A stretch of DNA of 35,131 bases from a virus (lineage: Duplodnaviria; Caudoviricetes), in IMG/VR virus record IMGVR_UViG_3300020044_009476, positions 1 through 35,131 of that record; one strand, 5' to 3'. The notes beneath the pieces were generated by a model. That model was not told the DNA's origin, searched no databases, and saw only the letters and a list, made by a program, of their open reading frames with translations. The stretch's first letter is position 1, and each line of letters begins with the position of its first letter. The translations under genes were made by a program, and so were the position numbers. Positions 8,182 to 15,505 of this stretch are shown here, one piece after another.

Positions 8182-8549
8182 CCACACTGACTAAAGCTGA
8201 GCGCACCGCTCAATTCCTACGTGCGGTAGAGAACGCCAAAGCGACCCTAGTACCTGGCGACGTGCTAATGGTAAAGCGTTGCGGCGGGTTGAAGGTACGG
8301 TACGTGTTTAAGAGCTGGGACGGGAATTGGGCGACATCGATCATGCGTAACGACATCGCCGCCACGGGATTTACAAGGTCAACGGTAGGTTGGTTGACTT
8401 CACTTCACATACGGTGCTATCAAATCCTGCAGCGTCTCAAGTCTAGCTTTACAAATATGGTACTTGTGGTAGTTCGACGTGGTTACATCCAGTGCATCCG
8501 CGTCGTCTACCCCACTTTGTCCAGATCCGGCAGGCGTTCCATCAATTGA
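8178..8549 (+). CDS. Hypothetical protein; possible frameshift near 8365, in which case the true end may be 8446
   Basis: ATGA coupling with thyA; as read, it overlaps the convergent Rz gene by 150 nt. Confidence 0.5.
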   Translation: MTTLTKAERTAQFLRAVENAKATLVPGDVLMVKRCGGLKVRYVFKSWDGNWATSIMRNDIAATGFTRSTVGWLTSLHIRCYQILQRLKSSFTNMVLVVVRRGYIQCIRVVYPTLSRSGRRSIN

Positions 8550-8885
8550 GACGGCACCTGGATCTTCGGGCAATCCCGCAGCGGCTCGGTTGTGGATGCG
8601 CACCCACTCAGAATTAAGCTCGCAGCGATTAACAACACGCTCACGATACTTGACGACTTCTTTAGTAACGATTTTATCAACATAAACTATTTTCTCCACG
8701 GTTTGTATATGCGCGTCAGTAATAGTGGCAACGCGCGTGTCTTCTTTTTCAGCCGCTTGTACTGCACTCTCCGCTTTCTCCGCACGTAACTTAAAATCGT
8801 CACGCTCGTCAATCACAGTGGAGTAATGCCACCCAATACCTGCGGTGGCGGCCAGTACGGCAAGTCCTAAATATAAACGTATCAT
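8400..8885 (-). CDS. Rz-like inner-membrane spanin (i-spanin)
   Basis: N-terminal TM helix, coiled coil, periplasmic Cys residues; embedded out-of-frame lipoprotein gene. Confidence 0.85.
   Translation of the reverse strand: MIRLYLGLAVLAATAGIGWHYSTVIDERDDFKLRAEKAESAVQAAEKEDTRVATITDAHIQTVEKIVYVDKIVTKEVVKYRERVVNRCELNSEWVRIHNRAAAGLPEDPGAVSIDGTPAGSGQSGVDDADALDVTTSNYHKYHICKARLETLQDLIAPYVK
8507..8683 (-). CDS. Rz1-like outer-membrane spanin (o-spanin), 58 aa, fully embedded in Rz in the +1 frame
   Basis: GGAG RBS; MLIKSLLKKSSSIVSVLLIAASLILSG|CASTTEPLRDCPKIQVPSQLMERLPDLDKVG; lipobox LSGC; Pro-rich mature part. Confidence 0.88.
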   Translation of the reverse strand: MLIKSLLKKSSSIVSVLLIAASLILSGCASTTEPLRDCPKIQVPSQLMERLPDLDKVG

Positions 8886-10588
8886 ATTCCACCCATTTTT
8901 AATGTTTCCATCCGGATGACCTGCATTGTCGGTTCGGACACAGATCCGGTGCCGATTGAGCCTGCACCCGAAGTGGTTTCGATGTCGAACGCGGTCGCCA
9001 AGCCGGTAACCGCGTCAACCAGGAAGAGCTCTTGGTTGCCGACGTTATTGGTGACCACACCGGCATCGCTAACCGTCGTCGTCTTTCCGATCACAGGTGC
9101 GTTAGGTGACAGGATGAAGTCCCCTGTAGCCCATCCTGCTGGCAGGTAGCCGGAGGACACGCCGTTGATAGCTTGGGTGAAGCCCCCGGTAACTATGTAA
9201 CTTGACCAACCCAGCGGAGGGTTAACAAGCACATCCGTGGCGCCGGTGCCCGTACCGCCGGTAAGTTCCAGCTCGCGTGTACCTGGACGAGGTACTGTGA
9301 CCCCATCTGCTAATGCAGCCACGGTAATACTCGTGTCGCTCGCAGAAGGTAGTGCCACACCGTCCAAAGTGCCCGCATCGACCGCCGCCGGGAACCCCGC
9401 TACCGTAACGTCTGTTGTCCCCCCTATGCGTACGGTTCCGACGCTTGTTATCTGGCCGATTACAGCCACACTTTCTTCATCAATGGTGAGCGTGTGTGAG
9501 TACATGCTGCCATCGGCGCCGCGCCTTATCCACAGAGTCGTAGTATACGGCAGTGATGGCACCGGGTTTGTGGCGTGGTCAGTACCGTTTAATTCGACTT
9601 TGCCGTCTTGGGAGATTTTGAGGCCAAACGCGGGATTAACGTAGGACCGGTCCGCAGTTGTCAGAGGGTTCCCCGCCGCTGCAAAAGCTTGCCCAAGGTA
9701 CTTATCGTCACCCAGTACAAGGCCTGAAAAGTTTGCCGGTACACCGCTTCCATCGCGCAACTCTTGCAGCCCGGTAGGCACACTAATTGGCCGGGTGATG
9801 CTTGCCGTGTTTGCGCCTTGGGTAAATGTGCCAGACACCGCAGCGGCCGGCAATAAAGGACATAGGCCCCCCTCTGCGAAGTTGCTTAACGTCCCTGTGA
9901 TGTTTACGCCAGATACTGTGCCAGCAATTGTCAAGCCGCCGAAATTTGCGGTGATTGCGCCATCGCTAAAGCCTGTTTGCGTGCCAGTCACCGCAGCGCC
10001 GGGCACTAAAGGATCGGTCAGTGTGTCGATAGAAAATGCGCTTTCGTACTGCGACGTCATGCTGCGGATGCGCCCGCCACGGCTTAGCGTTGCTGCATAA
10101 GTTGGCGTGTACGTAGTGTCGCTAAAATTTGTACCAATCTGGGTAGAGCCGTTCCATAGACTAATTGTGCCACCAGTAGCCCAGCGTATTTCGCGCACTT
10201 GATTGTCTGCGTGTGTCTGTGTAACCGAAGCGCCAACTTGCGCACCCAACTGACTAGCTACAACTCTAAAAAGCCGTGTATTGCCAGTGCCGCTGCTCGT
10301 TAATGCAACATACCCGTTGTTGGAGGAATCTAAAAGAGCGGGGCCGCACGAATTTGTGTTATCAACCCCGAGAGTTACAAATGCTGACCGAGTAATGCCG
10401 GTCAGCACAGTGTCATCTCGCCATATGCTATTGCTAGACGAAGACACCCCTGCAAAATAATTGACTCCGGAGAGATTTACTATGTTGACGTTTGCCGACC
10501 CGACTGTCTGTGTGTACCCAGACGGGGGAGATGCCGGAGATGCCGCAGCAAGCGTGCTGTAGCTTAGCGTTTTTGTTATTAACGGCAT
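8882..10588 (-). CDS. Large Gly/Thr/Ser-rich, beta-rich protein; putative virion appendage or adhesin
   Basis: 568-aa ORF, GAGGA RBS, composition typical of fibre, Ig-like or lectin domains; family not recognised. Confidence 0.6.
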   Translation of the reverse strand: MPLITKTLSYSTLAAASPASPPSGYTQTVGSANVNIVNLSGVNYFAGVSSSSNSIWRDDTVLTGITRSAFVTLGVDNTNSCGPALLDSSNNGYVALTSSGTGNTRLFRVVASQLGAQVGASVTQTHADNQVREIRWATGGTISLWNGSTQIGTNFSDTTYTPTYAATLSRGGRIRSMTSQYESAFSIDTLTDPLVPGAAVTGTQTGFSDGAITANFGGLTIAGTVSGVNITGTLSNFAEGGLCPLLPAAAVSGTFTQGANTASITRPISVPTGLQELRDGSGVPANFSGLVLGDDKYLGQAFAAAGNPLTTADRSYVNPAFGLKISQDGKVELNGTDHATNPVPSLPYTTTLWIRRGADGSMYSHTLTIDEESVAVIGQITSVGTVRIGGTTDVTVAGFPAAVDAGTLDGVALPSASDTSITVAALADGVTVPRPGTRELELTGGTGTGATDVLVNPPLGWSSYIVTGGFTQAINGVSSGYLPAGWATGDFILSPNAPVIGKTTTVSDAGVVTNNVGNQELFLVDAVTGLATAFDIETTSGAGSIGTGSVSEPTMQVIRMETLKMGGI

Positions 10589-10589
10589 T

Positions 10590-12089
10590 TTAAATCCTCA
10601 TTATATGACCGTAAAGACCAACGTCAGCAGCGGCCAACAGCCGCCCGCTAGCATCTACAAGCCCCGATGTTGATGCGCGCAAATTTGTAACTGTTGCGCC
10701 GTTGCCATCAACATCCGACACCCCTGATGCGGAATTAACAAAAACATTACGATCAAAATATGTCATGTTAACCCCATTGTAATTTCGCACAGTTACAGCG
10801 CCTATGGCTGTGCAATGATCAATCCACGTCTCTCTGCTGTCCGCTGCCGCAGATGAATTTGTTGTTATAGCTGTCCCGTTGGACGGACATTTAACGTAAC
10901 AAAAACGAGCGTGCCCACTGGGCGCGGAATACTCAGCGTTATTCATTATGTGCAAAACGCCAAAAACCGTCCCAGCAATAGTCGCGTTATTGTCGTAAAC
11001 AAGATGTCTCAGGTCAACTTTTGAGCCAGCCTTAGAGTGCCAAACCGCTTCATGCAGTGTTGTTTTGTTTGTAGTCCAGACCTGCCGCTCAGCAAGCCCG
11101 AGAACCTCATACCAGACAAAACCCGAAACATAATCACAGTTTACGTACTCGATTTCGCTGAAAAAAAAGTGCGGCCTTTTTGTGCCGTTTGCGCGATCAA
11201 CAAACCAGGCTGCCTCGTTGACCGTTTGATCAGTTATGCCGTAGAGATCAACAAATTTGCAACGCCAAACGGCCTGCCTCGAATAAAATGTTTGATCCGT
11301 GCGAAATACAGCAACATTGCCCCAGCCAGTGAATGTAATACCCTTAACAAACGTATCATTTGTTTTTAGCCTGAATTGCGCCCCTACCGTTGCGTTTGTT
11401 ATGTTTGGGGTCTCGTTTCTGTAATTGACAATCGCAAGCGCCTTATCTGCGTTAATAACAAAATCGCCAACCCACGAATAGTCTCCGCCACGCAAAAATA
11501 AAATTTTATTTTTTGATGGAGAGAGGGTGTCCGCAGACTGGTGAGCATTTATCAGAGACATACAGTTGTTCGCATCACTACCACTGCCATTACCAGTCGC
11601 GGTAGGTGCTGCATAAAATCCGTTATTTCCGACGCTAATATTAATTACATTTAAGATAAAAACACCAGCCGCGTCCCAAATTCCAACGCGTATAGAGTGA
11701 GTGCCTGCGACTAGTGATGGATTGGAAAGTGTGCCGTAGTTTGGATTTAAAACTAAATCCCCGTTTGCGTCAGTAATTAAAAATTCCCCGAGGCTCCAGC
11801 CGCTTTGATTTGATGACAAAATACGATAGCTGTAGGGATAAGCCCCAAACATTGGCCGCACAGGAATATCCATTGGCTCGCCCGTTTGCCAAATGCGATG
11901 GTAGGCATACGGCGAGGTTTCGGAATCTGGCCTCGGGTAGCACATCTCCATTGCGTAGCGGGCAGGACTATAGCGCCCCGCGCTTAAAAGATATGAGGCG
12001 CCTGGCTCTGCATAATCGCTAGCGAGGACTTTATCGGTAGGTCTTTTCGGAATACTTAGCGATATTGCTTGAGGGTTTTGACTGCCCAT
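10590..12089 (-). CDS. Putative right-handed beta-helix (pectin-lyase-like) protein; possible depolymerase
   Basis: YAAPTATGNGSGS...LFLRGGDY capping motif typical of parallel beta-helix proteins, followed by Asn/Cys-laddered strands; GAGGG RBS. Confidence 0.6.
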   Translation of the reverse strand: MGSQNPQAISLSIPKRPTDKVLASDYAEPGASYLLSAGRYSPARYAMEMCYPRPDSETSPYAYHRIWQTGEPMDIPVRPMFGAYPYSYRILSSNQSGWSLGEFLITDANGDLVLNPNYGTLSNPSLVAGTHSIRVGIWDAAGVFILNVINISVGNNGFYAAPTATGNGSGSDANNCMSLINAHQSADTLSPSKNKILFLRGGDYSWVGDFVINADKALAIVNYRNETPNITNATVGAQFRLKTNDTFVKGITFTGWGNVAVFRTDQTFYSRQAVWRCKFVDLYGITDQTVNEAAWFVDRANGTKRPHFFFSEIEYVNCDYVSGFVWYEVLGLAERQVWTTNKTTLHEAVWHSKAGSKVDLRHLVYDNNATIAGTVFGVLHIMNNAEYSAPSGHARFCYVKCPSNGTAITTNSSAAADSRETWIDHCTAIGAVTVRNYNGVNMTYFDRNVFVNSASGVSDVDGNGATVTNLRASTSGLVDASGRLLAAADVGLYGHIMRI

Positions 12090-12091
12090 GA

Positions 12092-12742
12092 TTAACCCTC
12101 TATCACTGATAATGCGCGGGCAAGGCGGGCTTCACGATCTTTCATCCCGTTTGGCATTTTTTCTGAATGCTCATTGCCCAGATTGATAATGCGCGACTGA
12201 CCCAAAAATGTTTTTGCTTGTCCGCATTTATTTTTAGACCAGAACCACACAGCCACGCGCGCGGCGCACTCTATCCCGGTGAGCATATCGGGGTGCTCCA
12301 CACATTTAATGCCTAAATCATTTTGCGCTGCAATGTAATTGTTTTTGCCGGTCAACTGGATAATTCCGCGCCCGCGATACTTAAACCCGTCGCCAGTTTC
12401 TGGGGCGCCGTTACCCATGCGGTTACCATATACGTGATTTCCGACCAGCTCGGGATTGCGCTCTATTTTTTTTGCAAGATCGTTAGGTGCGCCATCAGGC
12501 AGAGCAAATTTTTTCCAATTTTTAACTAGGGCGATAGCGCTATAATTGAGGTTCTCAGACAGCCGACGAAAACCGCCGGACTCATGCGCGCACTGAGCAC
12601 AAAATTGGGCAATCTCTTTTAATTCTGTGATTCCGTTTTGCGGCAGAAATTTCGATAGGGGCAAATAGATAGCTTCAGCCCCGGCGATTGATTCCGACGG
12701 ATCCAAAACTGCGTAGAGTATTTTTTTAAGCATCGCTGTCAT
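12092..12742 (-). CDS. Endolysin, glycoside hydrolase family 19
   Basis: AQCAHESGGF..LSENLNYS, YGNRMGNG, GDGFKYRGRGIIQLTGKNNY. Confidence 0.95.
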   Translation of the reverse strand: MTAMLKKILYAVLDPSESIAGAEAIYLPLSKFLPQNGITELKEIAQFCAQCAHESGGFRRLSENLNYSAIALVKNWKKFALPDGAPNDLAKKIERNPELVGNHVYGNRMGNGAPETGDGFKYRGRGIIQLTGKNNYIAAQNDLGIKCVEHPDMLTGIECAARVAVWFWSKNKCGQAKTFLGQSRIINLGNEHSEKMPNGMKDREARLARALSVIEG

Positions 12743-12963
12743 TTTTCGCCCCTGTTACGCTGCATCGAATTATAAATTTGCGCGATCAGTCCGGCCAGCG
12801 CACCCATGTAGACGAAAATTGCCCCGACGTGCCACTCCGGCAATTCACACGCTGCGGATTTGTAATACTGTGTAATATCAATCAGCGCCCACACGATAAC
12901 GCCAGCGAAAAATAGCGGTGCCGCATTCCAGCGAATCAAGACAAGCCTAATTTTTTCGATCAC
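12739..12963 (-). CDS. Holin-like membrane protein with two helices
   Basis: Two hydrophobic segments, basic C-terminus, coupled to the endolysin gene. Confidence 0.6.
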   Translation of the reverse strand: MIEKIRLVLIRWNAAPLFFAGVIVWALIDITQYYKSAACELPEWHVGAIFVYMGALAGLIAQIYNSMQRNRGEK

Positions 12964-13228
12964 GGAATTTCTCCCATAGCCATTTTATAAATCTAAAGAG
13001 GCCCGCAAAATTTAAAAACTGAACGATTATCCAAGCGCTCGCGATTAGCATGGTCCACGCTAAGGCCGATAGATCATGCTGAAATATTTCAGTAAGCGGT
13101 ATTTCGTTCAAGGACTTAACAGAGGAGGACTGCCCTACCGCGAGAGTGCCCGCAGCAACAAACATGGTAGTCGCTTTATGGTTTATCAATTGGGTCGTTG
13201 CGTCTATTATTTCTGCGGCGAATTTCAC
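12947..13228 (-). CDS. Holin-like membrane protein
   Basis: Hydrophobic helices; basic tail EKFRDRKN; located in the lysis region. Confidence 0.6.
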   Translation of the reverse strand: MKFAAEIIDATTQLINHKATTMFVAAGTLAVGQSSSVKSLNEIPLTEIFQHDLSALAWTMLIASAWIIVQFLNFAGLFRFIKWLWEKFRDRKN

Positions 13229-13641
13229 TGCGCAACCCCCCGGCCACGACTATCACTGCGCGCACGATTATAAAAACCACCCACGCTATTGAGATAAAAA
13301 TGTATGCGGCCATTGCGGTTACGTCCAATTCCTGCCCCCGCGCTAAAGGCGATTATGAGTAACTCAATTATAAACGCAGTTAGCATAATATGCTCCTGAA
13401 AAGGCTCTTTGTGCAATTTTAACACAAATAATGTCGCATTAATGATCATGCAACCTGTCTCTATCGCCGCAATTGCTAGTGACCAGCGCTCGCGTGTCAA
13501 GCTAATGCACGACTCCACAAGCATTAGCTGCAGGGTCGAAACTGTAACGATCCAGCTAAATGGCCCAAACCAAAGCGGCCACGGCCAAAACCAGCACAAC
13601 AACACCAGCGCGGCAACAAAAAACTGTTTTTGAATTTTCAT
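13225..13641 (-). CDS. Multi-pass membrane protein in the lysis region (start uncertain)
   Basis: 3-4 hydrophobic segments; GTGA coupling with the next gene. Confidence 0.6.
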   Translation of the reverse strand: MKIQKQFFVAALVLLCWFWPWPLWFGPFSWIVTVSTLQLMLVESCISLTRERWSLAIAAIETGCMIINATLFVLKLHKEPFQEHIMLTAFIIELLIIAFSAGAGIGRNRNGRIHFYLNSVGGFYNRARSDSRGRGVAQ

Positions 13642-13702
13642 CGGCTGTAGGCTCAATAAATGCAACTTGCTTTAAAAGTTTTGGAACGTGGCCGTTTGGC
13701 AT
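13556..13702 (-). CDS. Small 48-aa protein with a C-terminal TM helix, overlapping the next gene out of frame
   Basis: AGGAG RBS; MPNGHVPKLL...GVVVLVLAVAALVWAI. Confidence 0.55.
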   Translation of the reverse strand: MPNGHVPKLLKQVAFIEPTADENSKTVFCCRAGVVVLVLAVAALVWAI

Positions 13703-13727
13703 TTTAAGCTCCTATAAAAAAAATTAC

Positions 13728-13755
13728 TTGATAAATGTGTCAACTCCGCTAGGAT
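13728..13755 (+). promoter_or_regulatory. Probable sigma70 promoter for the lipoprotein gene, with an operator-like palindrome
   Basis: TTGATA, 16 bp, TAGGAT; TTGATAaatgTGTCAA. Confidence 0.55.
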
Positions 13756-13791
13756 TATATTAAACCAAAACAACCCCTGGAGATTGACAAA

Positions 13792-13962
13792 ATGAAAAAA
13801 ATTACCTTTATTGCCCTTACCCTGCTTTTTTCTGGCTGCTCATCAGTGCAGTACGCCGAACAGCCTAGCCACATCAAAGAATCTTATAACGAAAACGGCG
13901 AGCTTATTCAAGAGTACGTAGTCGGATACAGCATAGAGGATTTCCTTCGCGAGTTCTACTAG
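13792..13962 (+). CDS. 56-aa outer-membrane lipoprotein; candidate receptor-blocking or superinfection-exclusion protein
   Basis: GGAG RBS; MKKITFIALTLLFSG|CSSVQY...FLREFY; lipobox; Ser at +2. Confidence 0.8.
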   Translation: MKKITFIALTLLFSGCSSVQYAEQPSHIKESYNENGELIQEYVVGYSIEDFLREFY

Positions 13963-14891
13963 CCCGAGGTCATTACGCGGTCGCCGGTGCCGGAGTACGC
14001 CACCGCAACAAATAGCCCAGCGCCGTAAGTGACGGAATTCCAATTGTTATCCGCAGCGGATGCCCTTATGGTCCAGTTAATACCGTCTGGCGAGGTCATT
14101 ACGTGGTTGCCGGTGCCGGTGAACGCAACGGCAACAAATAGCCCAGCGCCGTAGGTTACAGACTGCCAATCGCTATCCGCCGCCGAGGTACGGATAGTCC
14201 AGTTAATTCCGTCAGGAGAGGTCATCACGCGGTTGCCTGTTCCGCCGCCACCTATTGCTACAAATAGACCTGCACCGTAGGTTACTGAGCGCCAGATATT
14301 GTCCGCAGCTGAAGCGCGGATAGTCCAGTTAATTCCGTCAGGAGAGGTCATCACGCGGTTGCCCGACCCTGTTGAAGAAACCGCAACAAATAATCCTGCA
14401 CCGTACGTAACTGAAAGCCAATTATTGTCCGCAGCTGAAGCGCGGATAGTCCAGTTAATTCCGTCAGGAGAGGTCATCACGCGGTTGCCTGTTCCGCTGG
14501 CAGAAGTCGCAACAAATAATCCTGCACCGTACGTAACTGAAAGCCAATCGTTGCCCGCAGCTGAAGCGCGGATAGTCCAGTTAATTCCGTCAGGAGAGGT
14601 CATCACGCGGTTGCCCGACCCTGTTTGAGCGACACACACAAATAGACCCGCACCGTAGGCTACCCCCTGCCAGCTATTGTCCGCGGCTGAAGCGCGAATA
14701 GTCCAGTTAATTCCGTCAGGAGAGGTCATCACGCGATTTCCGGTACCACTATCGCCTACTGCTACAAATAATCCTGCACCGTACGTAACTGAGCGCCAAT
14801 CATTATCCGCAGCTGAAGCGCGGATAGTCCAGTTAATACCCGCCTGCACTGTGGCTGAGTATACGCGTGATGCAAGAATGCCCATCATCAT
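13959..14891 (-). CDS. Seven-bladed Asp-box (BNR-like) beta-propeller; putative receptor-binding protein
   Basis: Seven 42-aa repeats GINWTIRASAADNxWxSVTYGAGLFVAxxxxGTGNRVMTSPD with the SPDGxNW Asp-box; last gene of the tail module. Confidence 0.8.
   Translation of the reverse strand: MMMGILASRVYSATVQAGINWTIRASAADNDWRSVTYGAGLFVAVGDSGTGNRVMTSPDGINWTIRASAADNSWQGVAYGAGLFVCVAQTGSGNRVMTSPDGINWTIRASAAGNDWLSVTYGAGLFVATSASGTGNRVMTSPDGINWTIRASAADNNWLSVTYGAGLFVAVSSTGSGNRVMTSPDGINWTIRASAADNIWRSVTYGAGLFVAIGGGGTGNRVMTSPDGINWTIRTSAADSDWQSVTYGAGLFVAVAFTGTGNHVMTSPDGINWTIRASAADNNWNSVTYGAGLFVAVAYSGTGDRVMTSG
13962..14840 (-). repeat. 126-bp tandem repeat, 7 copies, encoding the propeller blades
   Basis: Recurring block atagtccagttaattccgtcaggagaggtcatcacgcg at 126-bp spacing. 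Confidence 0.95.
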
Positions 14892-15502
14892 GCTGCGTTT
14901 ACCTGCCCTATCAGATGAAAATTATTTACACCTACACGCTTTAGTGTAACTGTGCCGTTCGGGGGGACTACTCTAGTGCCCCCCGCTGGCGGGGTAATAG
15001 TGACACCCGGCCCAGGAGGGGTTATAGTTAAATTTGAGGCTGCTGCATTCCTGATATGCAGCTCGTAATTGTCAGGGAGTGCGTGCGCGCTGTTAAGACG
15101 CACATTAACAGTTTTTTCTGAAGTGCTAGTAAAATATAAGTACTTACCCAAATCCGCCGCATTAACATTGTAAGTAGCATCCGTGATCTCGGTACTTTCT
15201 GGGGTCACGCCAATCAGCCCCCGCAAGGTGGCGTAGGGCAAAACTGCGATGTTGCCGAAGCTATCAAATGCAACCACAGTGCTTTGCCTTCCCGATGCCG
15301 GCGGCATGGACGCTACACCGTCCGGCACCCTAAGAAAGTTGTCCGCCTCTAAGTCGGTGTCTATGTAATCTACGAGCGCGGTCAACTGCGTGACGAACGG
15401 TGCGAACCACGCCACGAACGGGAACGCCTTAGCATCAAAGACAGGCTTGGCGTCCGTGGGGGAAGGGGCGGCTGGTGGCGGCGTAAATGTCGGCAGGGAC
15501 AT
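14888..15502 (-). CDS. Tail fibre or adaptor protein
   Basis: Pro-rich N-terminal anchor; C-terminal small beta domain typical of fibre ends; position after the distal tail gene. Confidence 0.65.
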   Translation of the reverse strand: MSLPTFTPPPAAPSPTDAKPVFDAKAFPFVAWFAPFVTQLTALVDYIDTDLEADNFLRVPDGVASMPPASGRQSTVVAFDSFGNIAVLPYATLRGLIGVTPESTEITDATYNVNAADLGKYLYFTSTSEKTVNVRLNSAHALPDNYELHIRNAAASNLTITPPGPGVTITPPAGGTRVVPPNGTVTLKRVGVNNFHLIGQVNAA

Positions 15503-15505
15503 AGA

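Noticed and set aside
13959-14840. CRISPR array or DGR template/variable repeat pair
   Set aside because: The repeats are in-frame coding units; no reverse transcriptase is present in the window, and the differences do not appear adenine-specific.
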